This document shows positions 39,506-54,431 of a stretch of 64,000 nucleotides of DNA, one piece after another. The stretch comes from Octopus vulgaris (Eukaryota): NCBI GenBank assembly GCA_951406725.2, contig OX597826.1:37014001-37078000 (forward strand), written 5' to 3'. Under the pieces are notes generated by a model that saw only the letters and a program-made list of their open reading frames with translations, did not search any database and was not told the origin of the DNA. The position numbers and the translations under genes were made by a program. Each line of letters opens with the position of its first letter. Position 1 is the stretch's first letter.

Positions 39506-39813
39506 CAATATTTGCAGATGATAAATAGATGTGGAAAGTCGTTAACTGTATATATCTACTTGTAAGGTAATAATGGTCCGAAGGTGCTAAAAAGCTAAGC
39601 ATGCACAAATTATATTTCAATGCAATGTTGTGTGAGGAGTACACTATGAACCCAAAAATACTTACTCCTGCATGTATAATTTCAATGGTTATAAATGTAT
39701 GTATGTATACGATATAAACAGTAATCATGTGTGGTAATACATGAAAGCATATGAAGCTATACATACACATACACATATATATATAGATATATATATACAT
39801 ATATGAAGAGGGG

Positions 39814-39893
39814 TGAGAGGTGAAGAAACTGGATTAAAAGATAAATTCTAATATGAGAGGTGAAGAAACTGGATTAAAAGATAAATTATAATA
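39814..39893 (+). repeat. 40-bp tandem duplication (1 mismatch)
   Basis: TGAGAGGTGAAGAAACTGGATTAAAAGATAAATT(C/A)TAATA twice. Confidence 0.95.
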
Positions 39894-41092
39894 TCTCTAG
39901 TTCTAGGTCTAACCTTTTTGTCGAAATTTATCTGAAATTAATTAACTACACACCTAATATTAAGAGTGAAGACTAAAAAAGTCTAATTATTCTGGCAAAA
40001 AGGAACAGTAATGAAACGAAGAATTGACTCCATCAGACTGATCAAAATCATTTCCTTATTTGCAATTTTCTTTTGCCATTTTCCTCTGCATCTATTTAGA
40101 TTCTGAAATTAATTAACAATACATACAAATCATTTTTATTTTCTTTAATTAATTTATTTAAAATTTTTTTTCATTAATTAATTTTTTCCAAAAAGTTTCT
40201 ACAACTAAATAACACTAATTTTATTTTGACTGTCAAGTAACGTTGATCATGCATTTATAGCCTAAAGACTTAATGCGATAGTGGTTACTTAATTCTGTCA
40301 CCATGAATTCTATTTACCATGGATCAACGTTTTCTACACTTTGAGTGTGTTTCTGTGCTGTATTGCAATTCCAAGGGAAAACAGAACACAGTTCTTTACT
40401 TGTTACTTAGGATTAGCTTGAAATTACAGGCATGAAAAATATATTTTCTCTCAATAATAAACTTAGAGTATATACACCTTGAGCATTGTTTTACTTTTTA
40501 TTAGAAATAATAATGGCGACACAAATAATTATGATTGTTTGATATAACAATCATTATTTATGTTAACTGAAGCTCAGCTACACATGTTATGTTTCACTTT
40601 AACTCAAAATTGAAAAGAAAAGCCTGTTTTGTCTTTGTAATGAAAATAAGTGTTGGTGGTTTCATTTAAGAACATGTGACCAAAAGTAAATAATATGAAT
40701 AAGTTACATTCAGCAATCTAAACATATTCAAAAGCCATATTGGATTCTAGTCATTCAACTTATTCTGCTCTCATTTAGCAGCCGTTTCTCTCCAATTTCA
40801 TCGACTGGGTTCATGTTTTCAAAGGATGGCTTAAAAATATTAAGTTCCTCTCTCCTGAAAGTCTCGACATCACGTGACGCAAGTTATTTCTTTGATCTCT
40901 TCCTACCCATTGTTGCCGATCTTACTACTGCCGTTGCGCTTGACTGTTCTGTACAGTGAGCTTCGTAAAAATCATCAATTTTTTCGCAGTCATTTTCATG
41001 TGATGTAACCACATCATCATCATAATTAGTTACGAAGAAGATTATGCGGAAGGTTTATTTTCTTAAATCTAGTTGGTGGAAAATAATGAGAA

Positions 41093-41457
41093 AGGCGCAG
41101 GAGTGGCTGTATGGTAAGTAGCTTCCTTCCGGGTTCAGTCCTACTGCGTGTCACCTTCGGTAAGTGTCTTCTATGATAGCCTCGGGCTGACGAAAGCCTT
41201 CTAAGTGGATTTGGTTGACGGAAAATGAAAGAAGCCGTCGTATATACATGTGTGGGGATATGTTTGTGTGTCTGTGTTTGTCCCCCAACATAACTTGACA
41301 AACGATGCCGGGCTGTTGATATACCCGTAACTTAGCGGTTCGATAAAAGAGACTGATAGAATAAGTACTAGGCTTACAAAGAATAAGTCCTGCGGTCGAT
41401 TTGCTCGCCTAACGGCGGTGCTCCGACATGGTCGCAGTCAATTGACTGAAACAAAAG
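41093..41457 (+). mobile_element. SINE family A, near full length
   Basis: AGGCGCAGGAGTGGCTG..CCGGGTTCAGTCC..AACTTAGCGGTTCG..GGCGGTGCTCC..TGACTGAAACA. Confidence 0.92.
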
Positions 41458-44400
41458 TTTATAATTCGGGATAGTTCTCTTCTTGCCAAATAGCTTACTA
41501 AGTTACCCGTTTCCAGTAAAAGACAAAGTATTTTCTCAAAATATATATAAGCTCCATAAAACATAGACCCATAACATAGACACGGATTTACTACAACACA
41601 CATCCACACGCACATACACACACACGCACACACATGCATTGATATACATCACCGAGAGACCACAGTAAAGATCTTTGTTTTGCAAATTATTTATGACTTC
41701 CGAATTCTTCTTGTAACTTTGACATCCCTCAGCATCCGTACTGTCAATATATTTGAAGGAAGATACGTTTTTCGAGGTTTTATTACATCGTTACTATAGG
41801 AAGTACACGAGGCCTTCCAAGACAGAGTTAATAAAGAATGGCATATACGGATTCTTGTGCACATATTTATACCCGATCACTCACTCACGCCCTTCATATA
41901 AATACATGTGTATGTAAATGTTCATATATATGTGTGTATTGTGTGTGTGTGTGTGTGCGTGTGAGTATGTGTCTGTGCACGCACGTGTGTGTTTACATGT
42001 GTGGGTGTGCCTGATAATATAGAGATTTTGAGAGATTTTACATGAAACACTTATGGTACTTGTACATCTAATTCTATACAATAGCTTATAAAACGAATTC
42101 TAAAATTCCAAAGAATCATAAATTCAAGTATATTATATTGTAAATGAAGTTAGTTAAATTAGAAATGATACGCCATAAGTGAAAGATGTTAACGCTCTAT
42201 ATCATTTCGCTAATTTATGAAATTTCCTTAGAGCTGGATATTCAGGTAAGGAAATGATTTCCAAATATATTTTGTATAGGAATTATTTAAATAAATTTTC
42301 TACATCTTAAAACCAAATTATATGTACATTTTTTAAAAAATAAATTTAATGTTTCGATTCATAACTTTCTTACTTTGAAAGTATAGAAATCAATTTACCA
42401 TTCATCAGAATTTATTACGAAATCAGATTTAAAATCTCTGATTTTTCTTCCGTTTTATCCTAATGTCGCTCTATTGAATATTTCTAATAATATTATTGAT
42501 ACATTAAATTAGAGAAACATTTTAATAGATGACCTTCAAATCTTGGAAATATATTCTAAGGGAAACCAACAGCAAGGGCAAAAGTCACGGAGCTTTTCTT
42601 TTTTTTTTGTTTGGTTCCCGGTAGATAAATACACATTTTCGTGTTAAACAACCAATATAATTTTGCTTCTGATAATTAGAAAATACGTGTATGTATTTCT
42701 CAACTATACCCTTTAGCTGACATCTTGCTTTAAGTGATCATAACATCTATTTGCAATATATTTTTCACCTCAGTTATTTCATATTAGTTGAAAGAATCAT
42801 TAGGAAGTCGGAAAAATTAGTAGACTAGATTCCAGACACGTTGGTTCTCATTTCGAATCACACTGAATTCCAGCTCACATTTTGTCTTACCGTTGTCAAA
42901 AACATAAGGCACTCACATGTACGAAGATCGATTTAGTCGATCGCAAATTTTTGCTAACATCCAATGGACTAGCATGATACAGTATGTCCACAAAACCCCC
43001 TATATATTCCTAAGCAAATGTCTGTTCTTAATGAACAAAAATCCCGAAAAGTCGGTTCAGACTGCCACATCGACGGCTAGTCTATTCTATAACAACTAAT
43101 ACGCACCAATAAAGTACATGTATCAGCATCTACAAATATTTATGAGGAACATGTGATATTATAAAACCTGAAGATGAAAGACCAAATGCTGAAAGTTAAA
43201 GATAAACATTGAAAGAATATTTACTTAATTATATGAGTGAGTGAAGGTGTGAGTGGAAGAGAGAAAGAGGGTGAATGAGAAAAAGAAAGAGGGAGTGAGA
43301 GAGAGTTTTGATTCGAGCTAGGGATTACAACTTACACTTCTTTGTATGTCTCTAAGGTGGATGATAATGAGAACAAAATCTATTGATTGGAATATGCTGC
43401 AATACTTATTTCCACTGTGAATACGTTTCGATCAGCAAAGGACCTTAGAGGCTATGAAACTCTTGTGTAATACAGAGTATAAGAGAAAGGAAAACCTGTG
43501 TTACCAACACATGCACCTCAAGCCAGCTTAGCTGAAGGACATACAAATAAGTGGTAATAGAGCATCTGTATAGGACTTGAGAATGAATAGAGACCTAATA
43601 TTGTGAATTTACAATAGATTAGGTTAATTTTTCCAATTCAGTACATAATGATTTTCTCAATGAGCATTTAGTTTGAATACAAAATATAGAAATCGGATCA
43701 TAGGGCATAGAGAATGAAAGCTATGCTAATATCAGCTTTGGAACAACACTACATAATCATATTATTTTAATTATTTACTATAATGAAATCAACACATTTA
43801 GCTCTTGGGTTGAGAGATCTTGATTTCAGCATCGTTTGATAACAAAACGCCATGATATTAATCTATGACTTAATTTCCTTTATTATTAATAATTGCAACG
43901 TATCAATTCCAAATGAAATATCTGAAACACCATATTCCTTAATTTACGGAGTTTATTAAATAAACTATTAACCGACCAGCCATATGCGGCAGGATAGCTT
44001 CTTGCAGAGTGAAACGTTATGTTGCTTCCAATTATGTGATAGATGTAAGTATTATGAATATGAAAAGTAACAAAATAATAACCAAGAGTAATCTAGGATA
44101 TTTGAAACTGACTAAATTGTAAATTCTTTGTCCTTCAGTCTTTCCAAATTATACCAGAAAAGGAGATGAACAAATATATCTTCATCGATGAAAAACGTTT
44201 AAAGTTTTCAGGAGCATTAGAACAACACATGTAAAAAAATTGTAGAAAAATTGATATATTTGAATCTTACCAATCGGATTGGTATCTTTTCTGTAATAAG
44301 GTGTAAACTATTGAGAGGAAACAACTTTTCTATAATTTCATATTTGAGTTAAAATGGAGGAATGATGCAACTGAGGTGCTGTACTGAAATTATGTCATAT

Positions 44401-45260
44401 CGGTTATTGTCTTTTAAGTTGGGTTAATTGGAGCAGCATTACATCACCATTACAAAGAGGGGATTGGTAACAATTTGGTTTAACAAGTTATTGTATATAA
44501 AGATTTATTCAAAGTTAAATTGTTTTAAAGACTGAATCATATAACATAATTGTTCGTAAGATTTCGCGGTAGTTTTGCTGCTGATATTTCCCACAGGATT
44601 CATGTGTGTTGTTTCAAGAGTAGAGCAACCCTCTACCAAATGAATATTTCCCAGGTGCCAGTGAGACTTCTAACAAATCAGTGCATTATATACGTTATAA
44701 TGCGTCCGTCACATACGACAACAAGGCTATTAATCATGTTATGTGTATTATAGAAGATGACTAGTAGCAGCCATTAACTGAATCGACCTTCTTGTGCGAG
44801 GATACAAATAATTTTTGTTGATCATTGTATTCGTTCATTTGATCAACAGCGCATTCTTACGTAGTTATCATTGTTACAAAACTTGCAGTGAAATTCCTCA
44901 TGTTGGCGCATCAGTTTATCGCACGTGTATCAGCCTCCTTACATTCATTCCAATAGTTAATCAGACACTTATTCCATTAAGCAACAGAGAGTTAATAATT
45001 AAGTTAAAGGTTTCCACAATAATAATCTACAAGAATTTATTCCATCAAATTAACGAGGGGATCTCTCGATTTATATCAGCGAATATTTGATCCCAAGTGG
45101 ATGGCATGAAAGCATCTCTCTTCACATTATTTTAACTGTATATGTAATCACTTATTTGAGTGCTTGTAATCTCTTTCAAATGTAACCCAGCAAGACATGC
45201 TTTCCTAATTATCAGTGTAAGCTAGACACATTACATATATGTATGTGTATATATATATAT

Positions 45261-45296
<36 letters not shown>

Positions 45297-45786
45297 GTAA
45301 ATATATATGTATGTATGTATATGCGTGAGTGTGAATGTGCGTATACTATATGTGTACTCATATTCTTGTCCTGTAATTATTAGAATTTATATTAGGTGTT
45401 AATAACTCTTCTTAAATAGCAAGCATGACGTATTATCTAGCAAATATTTATTCTCATAAAACAATAACTAATTAGAAGGCACTTTCTGTTTTCGGAATGA
45501 TTTCGGAAAAACTCATTCTTCGACAACACAGCTGATACACAGGACGTAAAATGGTCTATAATTCAATTGTCTCTACCTGTATATTATCTACTTTTCTACA
45601 CAGATACACCTTCTAAGAACTGAACACAATCAATCTTCATTTATATGAAGCAAATGGCAAAAATATATCTACTGAGTTAAATATATTTGTGCATGTATTG
45701 TGCATGAAAGATTTTCACATATATTGCTTTATAAATGAAATATTTAAGCATTAAAAATTGTAAAACAAAATTAGTTTTAAAAATGA

Positions 45787-45844
<58 letters not shown>

Positions 45845-45880
45845 AGAAATAGAGAGAGAAAGAGATAGAGAGGGAGAGGA
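45787..45880. repeat. (TA)n(GA)n microsatellite
   Basis: direct reading. Confidence 0.95.
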
Positions 45881-47715
45881 GCATGAAGTCACGAAATTGA
45901 GATGTAGAGAATTGCGAATATAATGATGGTGTTGCATGTGTAGAAAAGAGTACTTACTTAAAATGAAATGTTGTTTTACATTAAGAAAACTACGCGTAAT
46001 AGATTTATGATTATGCGCGAATGTGTTCGCGTATGTGCAGGTAGGTGCAACTATACATCAGTATATATAATTTTCTCTTTTGTTAGAAAATAAAAATACA
46101 AGGAAGAATAAATATTGCATTTTTATTACCCCATTACAAGATACTTGTCAATAAGCTGGTAACATTTTCATGATGAACTGATGGTTTTAAGATTTTCAAT
46201 TTTCAATATCAATTTACCAGATCATTTCATTAACAAAATATATAAGGAGTGAAAGATAAATCAAAATACCTCACAACATTCTAACTGCTCCTCCCCACAA
46301 AACAGAAAAATACCAAAATGCATAAATCAGTAAATTACAATAAAAGTGACAAAAAAGCAAAATCTGTCTTTCTTCCCAAACAATTATTAATTAGCCATTT
46401 ATATTTTGTCTATTTTCCTTTTTCTCTTAAGCATCTTCTCATATATGATTGTCTTCATTTTTTAACAGAAATTTGAGACAAAGAAGCGATTGTTCATTTA
46501 TATTGTCAATAATTTTTTTCCTTTTTGTTTGCAATTTGATGTATGCATTTTCTTTAAAAGAAACTTCATTTTCATTGGGTTTATATTTCGCAATTATTTC
46601 CCTTTCATTTTATTATTTAAATAATTAAAAAGAATACTACAATACGATTAATTATGTTCCATTTTAGCGTTTCATTTCTTATTGTCTTTTATTGCATTAT
46701 GATTTAACATTTTGCTATAGATAATTAACCATATATTTCATGAATAAGTTATTCGCACAGATTAATTCGGAATTCGTAGATTTATATCTTTATTTAATAA
46801 ACCACATCTTTAGAAGTTCAGGTCAGATTAATCAATATTTTTGAAAATAAAAGAATGTTAAGTAAAATAAAACTTCCCAGAAGTAAAATGAATTCCTATA
46901 AATATATTTGAGATTTAAGTGGTTGCATTGTGTGTTGTACATTACACTTCTTGCCTCACTGAATAAATTAAGAATTCTCATGATTAATTGGTTAGCATTA
47001 GCAGTAAAAATCCGACTGAAGAAGATTTTATTTCGAAATCTAACACAAAATATACAGATTTCGAGAATAGTTGAACCTGTAAGTGCATACAAAATATTAT
47101 TGCAGAGATGTCTTAATGTTGTATTAAAGAGAAAATAAAAAGATATTAAAAATAAACAATAAAAGCTATTTAATTTGATCTTTTTACAAAAATATATCTT
47201 TAATTTCTCTGGTGACAATTGGCTGCTCTGACAGCTGGTGGATTTCATAGAATGTCTGTCTTCCAATTAAATTATCACTGTTTACTTTTAATTCTATCAA
47301 CAGGACTATTTTGTACGTGACCAAATCATTTAGCTGGAAATAATTGGCTTAGTGCAATTAATTCGAAATACAAGTTTGTATTCCATTTTAAAGTGAAAAT
47401 ATTATGCAGCTGACAAATCTTATCATTGCATGTAGAACTGTATAGAATCCAGGCTTATCATGGAAATAATCTGTTGATCATTTCGGTCGTGTGATTCTAG
47501 CTTTATCTTAGTTTTATTAGAATACCAAGGCCTTAGGTAAATCATATTCTAAATTTTGAACTTGAATAATGTGACATTCGAATGCATATATACATGATAA
47601 TATCAACCATCAGGAAATGGTCGATATTAGTATATAAAATCTGTCTGGACAGTCAGACTAACAACAGCGTAGAACAAAATTCGGGAGTATTCCTCCGCAT
47701 TCCTTGAATTGTGGT

Positions 47716-47816
47716 ATTGCTGATTTTGTCTTTTATCTAACAGAAACTGATAAAATGGAAAATCTTATATATTCCATTTTATCAGTTTCTGTTAGATAAA
47801 AGACAAAATCAACAAT
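47716..47816. repeat. 40-bp perfect inverted repeat (45 bp with one mismatch), 11-nt loop
   Basis: 47721-47760 is the exact reverse complement of 47772-47811. Confidence 0.95.
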
Positions 47817-49376
47817 GTTTTTAACCAATTTCACCTTTCTCAAATTTCCGCTTTTGTGTTAATATATGCAATAAAATTAATGCGTTATGTTCAAATATTT
47901 TGAATATTGCGTGTACATACTGAAAATAACCGTAGATGTTTAAAAGAAAAGAAAAACACTTAAGTGATGAGTTTATAACGGTAAAACGCTTTAACAAGCA
48001 GCATATCATCATGGTTGTCTTTTAAACGCTGAAGTATATTTTTGTTCTTTTGCATCGTTAAACAAATGCAAAAGCAAAACCAAAACAAAAGCGCTGGTGA
48101 GATGTATTTGAAATGAACTTGGAACTTGTAATATTAAAATACTGCGTGAATAAGGCTAAATATATGAAGAAACATGAAATTTATAAATTTATTAAGGTTT
48201 AAATATTTTTATTATAAATTGCAATTATTTTTCTTTACTTTTCAGAATTTCAATCACAGAAAGTATATTTATAAGGTTCATAATTTGTAAATTAGTTTTC
48301 TTTCACGATACGTAAACTGATAAGCTACTTTTACATCGAATAAATTGTTTTGATTTGTTTCTCTATATAAACGTCATTCATTTTGATTTTTATATGCAAA
48401 CGCTTTAAAATACAGGGCAACTACATACAGAAATATACATTATAGAAAACCTTGTCATTTTAACATCATAATATTTCCACCTAATTATTCCTATTCTACA
48501 TATAGTTTCTTCAACTGGAATACGTTCCACCAAATATAATTAAATAAATGACAGTTAAGGCAATTTCCGTATTTCCAATTCGAAGAAATGTCTTTATTAC
48601 CTTTATTACCTCGGTTGGAAGCATTTTGGGAAATGATTCTTTTAAGATTATCAAACAAATATTGAAGTTGTGAATTTTCGGCAAGTTACACGTCTATATG
48701 TCTCTCTCCTTCTCGCTACCACTTCTTCCTCCCTCAACTCTCTTCCATACATACACACACGCATATTCAAATATGAAAGCACACATATACCCTCATATAA
48801 AACATTCATATCTCCTCTTGGCTACTCTCAATTCCTGTCACTCTTTTGCTTTCTGTTTATGTCAATGATAATTCCTGTATTTATGTATGCTGAAGCACTT
48901 CTATGATATACGAGGGTATAGTGGGAGCAATTACTGAAATAGTCAAAGCTACATTGAATCCTTGAAGACTAATAAAATAACTGCTTATTGAATTATGGCC
49001 ATATCTGCTTCCTTCAGCCTATGTAGCTCTTCCATAACAATATGGTATAAGTTTTAACTTACACGCTCCGAAATACTACCATCTTGTCAAGATTATAGGA
49101 ATATCTGACTATTTGAAGTTTGGGTAAAATGATTCTAGACAGAAGAGAGAGAGAGAGTTGGGTATTTGAAAAGTTTTCCATAACAACTGTTACACTGAGC
49201 TAAACGTAAAAGCTAAGGTATAGTCAATAATATCTGTCGTCCATCATTGATTTTTATTCTCATATAGAGAATTGTAACTTATCAGTCTCTTGCAAGCGAG
49301 GGCGCGTCGGTAGCTTCTGTTAAGGATTCGCTAATAGTTTGAAGGTGTTTAAGTAGACACCAACAGACATGGATTC

Positions 49377-50013
49377 CAGTGGCGGCTCTTGTACAGGCAC
49401 TGTGGAACTGTAGCATCCCCTATTTCCACTCGATATTATCGATAACATTCAATACAATGACTCTTTTTTTTCTTTAATTATTTACTTTAATCCTTGTATA
49501 GAACTGTGCGCTTCACAGATCCAGCGACGCGGTGTTTGGCTGGCGTACGCATGCTCACATGTCCGAGATAGGAAGTTGCACGCTAGGGAGAGAGAGCATT
49601 GTTGTTCACGCAGTACCGACCCTGGTGTGCTGATGAAAGGAATGTAGTGTTTCTTTTTGACACCATGTGTTGTGCTTAAAAACGTGTTTATATTCTTAAA
49701 TGTGATAAAATATAGAATTAGATTATTATTTTGCTTCCAGCTATAGTGTTGTTGCTAGGATCTGAAAAATAGGGCAGATTTTCCGCTCCTTATTTTGTGA
49801 TTTAAGGGGGATTTTTGAAAAACAAGGGGGAATTCGTGGCGGGGTTCAGTGAATAAATTAAACACACTACTCGGCTGTGGCTAAAACGCGAACGGATCAA
49901 ATTTATATATAATGTTTCTTTTTATGTTTGTCTCATTTTACAGGATATTAAAAGAGCAGCAATAAGTTTTCTGAAGCAGCACCCCCACAAATTTTGTCTA
50001 CGAGCCGTCAGCG
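49377..50013. mobile_element. hAT (Blackjack-like) non-autonomous DNA transposon
   Basis: ends CAGTGGCGGCTCTTGTACA / TGTCTACGAGCCGTCAGCG; flanks ATGGATTC / ATTGATAC (6 of 8 TSD match). Confidence 0.65.
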
Positions 50014-50134
50014 ATTGATACACCCTCTGTGGTGCTACCATACATGAACGAGTGGTGTAGGGAGGTTGTGGAAGTTAAAGGTAGGGTGCAGTGCACTAGA
50101 CTACTACTCGAGTGGTATAATTTTCTGCTGAGCA

Positions 50135-50255
50135 GATTGCAGCAACTTGAAAGAATTGCCATAACTCAAGACACAATGCCTCACCCGGCCCAGAAATTGA
50201 TCACTTGCATCCACACTGAGAATACTAAGTTTTTAATCACTTGACCACGTGCCCT
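50135..50255 (-). mobile_element. old tRNA-SINE head remnant
   Basis: CTCAAGACACAATGC..CCCAGAAATTGATC..TAATCACTTGACCACGTGCC resembles a reverse-strand SINE tRNA head. Confidence 0.35.
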
Positions 50256-51899
50256 ACATTTGGAGATATTTTGCCAGTATTAAAACATGAGTTTTTCTTA
50301 AATTAAGGCAAAAGAGTATTATTTTTACAGTCTAAACTTTCTTTCTGGCAGCAAATGTGTCCTAGTTTTCCCACATAACTGAAACATTGTTACGATGTTT
50401 GTTTGATTTTTTGTTTTGTTTGTTTTATCGGATTGTAAAAAATACAGTTGATAAATATTACTTCAGAAGGATCCCCAACATGCATTAAATGTATCAAACG
50501 GATGTTCAGTTTAAACATCTGTAGTTAGTTATTTGCATGGTAAGGCAAAAAAGTTGTCAACTTCGCTTTTCTTTCTTCCAAAGATCGATAAAATAAATAC
50601 CAATGAAGTAAAGTAGTCGAACAAATCGACTCTATCTCCTAAAATATGTGACCTTGAGTGAAGTAAATAAATCAATAACTTCCTTATTATAAACAAGTGT
50701 AGTATGAGCAACCATAACTATTTAACAATATCACTTCCAAAATATGTAACATCACAAAGAACTGATTCTCTAACATTTTTCCCGTTTTATTTTTTTTGTT
50801 TCTTTCCCCTCTCCACTTCATCTCACTTTTCCATGACACTTTTAACAAAGTCATTTGAGTAGAATAAACAGAGAAACAGAATAGACTCTGATAAAGCATT
50901 CACAAGCAATGATACAGAGAAAAGCCGCGGCCATTTTAAAGTTGTATAAATAATAAATTCACTGGAAGTGCAGTAAAGAATTTATTGAAAATTATTCTTA
51001 TATTCTCAATGTAATTCCATAGAGAGCGATGGCAAACAAACCACAGAGACAAGACTCGGCTTAATTGGACCATTCCTTCTTATATTTTAGTAAAGACATT
51101 TTCACAAATAGGCTCCCATTGTAGTAGTGTTCTAAACCAAAAGCCGTAGATTTCCTTCAATAGTATAATTAGCAAGGAGAACAGAATTTCCAATCCATTT
51201 CAATGGTTGTTTTTTTCTTTCCATTATTATAGATCTTTGCTTAACTTTTTCATTCTGTATATTCTTCACCTTCTTTCCTTTGGCTTCTTCGAATTATTGT
51301 TGTTATTGTTGTTGTTGTCGTCATCATCATCATCATCATCATCATTGCTATTATTATTAGTACTACTACTAGAATTTACACTGTTATGGTTAGGGCATCA
51401 CCATTATAACGATTTTGGATACTTTTGTGTTGACAGGGACTAAAAATACCTTCAGATTTGGTTGAATAGTATACAGTATTTAGTGCCATCGTTACTAGTT
51501 TTCGCGCTCAAATTATGTACGGATTGGCTCTCTCGTATCCATACGTGATCAACAGAAAAATATGACACCATTTATGTATACAAAACCATTTGTTCAGCCC
51601 TTTTGAGTGCCCTGCTACCTCGATAATCAGATATAGCTCTTCTAGTTTTCTTATGGGTATATATTGAAGACAGATTCTACCGTACAACAATTCCAAACCG
51701 CAATAATCCCAAGAAAAGTATACGCCAAGCAATATCCAGCGTTGATTAGGCTATGCTCCAACGTTTATGGTGAGAAATTAAGCATCCTCTAGATGTGCAG
51801 CTTGCGACGAATAAAACCCACATGGAAGCCTTCTGCTGTTTCTAACAAAACTTTGCGAAGGGGCACTTCGTAAAGGCAGAGGAAGCGCTTATTTTAGAT

Positions 51900-51982
51900 C
51901 AGGTATGGTTGTATAAGAAGATTTCTTCACAACCACGTGGTTCCTTCCCACTGCATGAGAAACCTTGGATAAATCTTTTCTC
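51900..51982 (+). mobile_element. decayed SINE family A head
   Basis: GGTATGGTTGTATAAGAAG..CAACCACGTGGTTCC..TCCCACTGCATG..ACCTTGGATAAAT. Confidence 0.5.
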
Positions 51983-52170
51983 AATTTCTCCAATTGTAGT
52001 GGTAATGTATAAACACTCGATATGGTAAACGCATAGAACCGAAGCTCAACACCTGATTGTAGTCATTAATACTATTCGCCATTGAAAAGTCAGTCCAGAA
52101 TCTCGGAATTTGAATTTAGGCCCGAGATAGTTTTTTTCATTCAATCAAAATGAACAGGTGATATTCAAAT

Positions 52171-52552
52171 TTCTTCTTCTTCTTCTTCTTCTTCTTCTTC
52201 TTCTTCTTCTTCTTCTTCTTCTTTTTCTTCTTCTTCTTCTTCTTCTTCTTCTTCTTCTTCTTCTTCTTCTTCTCCTACTCCTCCTCTTCCACCTCCTCCT
52301 CCTCCTCCTCCTCCTTCTTCTTCTTCTTCTTCTTCTTCTTCTCCTCCTACTCCTCCTCCTTCACCTCTTCCACCTCCTCCTCCTCCTCCTCCTCCTCCTC
52401 CTTCTTCTTCTTCTTCTTCTTCTTCTTCTCCTCCTACTCCTCCTCCTTCACCTCCTCCTCCTCCTTCTTCTTCTTCTATTTCTTCTTCTTCTTCTCCTTC
52501 TCCTCCTCCCCCTCCTTATTCATCTTCTTCTTCTTCTTCTCCGTCTTCTTCT
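52171..52552. repeat. (CTT)n/(CCT)n polypyrimidine tract with internal higher-order duplication
   Basis: about 380 bp almost purely C/T; block CTTCTCCT(CCT)ACTCCTCCTC..CACCTC recurs three times. Confidence 0.97.
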
Positions 52553-52844
52553 AAAATCACTAGAAGTGAAAAATAGAAGAGAAAGCATATCGTGTGGCGA
52601 GAGAGATTACGTCCAGTTGCCTGGACGTCCTATCCCAAAAAGACAGAGACGGGAAAACTGGCACTTAGTCAAGTGTGATTTTTTTTTGTACTGTAATTAT
52701 CTCTCGTGTGTTTACGTACTTTTCACTCACTGGTGATGTTCTGTACTTGATGTGTATTTAAAATTATTTATAATTGAACGCAACGCAGACTTTGTCAGCA
52801 GTAAGTTTATACATTTGTGTGTGTTTGTACGTGTGCGTGTAGGG

Positions 52845-53200
<356 letters not shown>

Positions 53201-54394
53201 TATTTATATACATAGAGGACAGAAAAAGGATAGAGAGATAATATACATATATCCACACGCATATACAAGCACATGAATGCATTCATATAAATCTAAATAT
53301 ATGAATATATATAAATAGAATGGTCGCTTAGCAAAACGAATAACGGCTGCATTACGAACAATGTCGCTCGAAGTATTCCTTCCCCACCACGGTCTACACA
53401 GCCCCTTGCAAGAAATGTAAGGAAGGTAACCAAGTACAACGTCGTTTGAATTTGGTAATTAAGCATGGCAATATTATGAAACGCGTTATAAAATAAATAA
53501 CTCATTGAATAAGGTATCTAGCAGAGATTGTATTATATGTACATGTAGTTTATCGTATGCTAGAGGACAAAAAGTTACGGCATATATACATCAGTTTAAA
53601 ACACATCTAACTCTCAAGAATCGAAGGTCTGATTTATTTTCTTACATTGCTTATATGCTTCATAATATAATATTCGTCAGTAATTTGTAGCCATTGCAGT
53701 ATATTTTATCCTTGGTACTGTGTATCAATCAGAGATCTTATAATGAAACAATTATTGCAAGAACTCATGAAACAAATGTCATTATTTTTTATATTATCAT
53801 AATATAAAAGCATTTGTTGTTTTCTTCGCTTTGTTTTTATTCATGGAAATTCACTCTCTCGTTTTATTCTTTGATGAAAGCCTCCATATCCAGCTATTAC
53901 AATTCTGCATTTAATATCGTTTTACTTGCACCTTTCATTTCTTTGTTTTCAAACAATTAATGTCTGTAAAATTAATGCCATTCTAAAAATCATTCTTTTG
54001 TGTTTTAGCAGAATTTGTTAAGACAATATTGTCCAGACTTTGGAAAATGATCAAAGGTAGAAACAACTGAAGTATTCTTTGAGTGAGTTTCCCGTTGAAA
54101 CCGAGCAATCTTTCATTTATATATAATTTAATCAGGATTAAATATTTTATATATCGTTACAGTGACAATTATGTTACAGAGAAATATAACCATAATATTA
54201 TTGGCACCAATTATCTCTGTCTCTGATGACATGCTAACCAAACTCAGCTCCAGCAGAATACAATCTAATGCAAAGAAAGACAACAGGACATACTAAAATG
54301 CATATAATTCGATGAGCTGGTGTTTCTCGTACTCCACATATTACTATTACTAAAACTATTTCTGCTTGTACTACTACTACAACTTCTTGTTGTT

Positions 54395-54430
<36 letters not shown>

Positions 54431-54431
54431 T

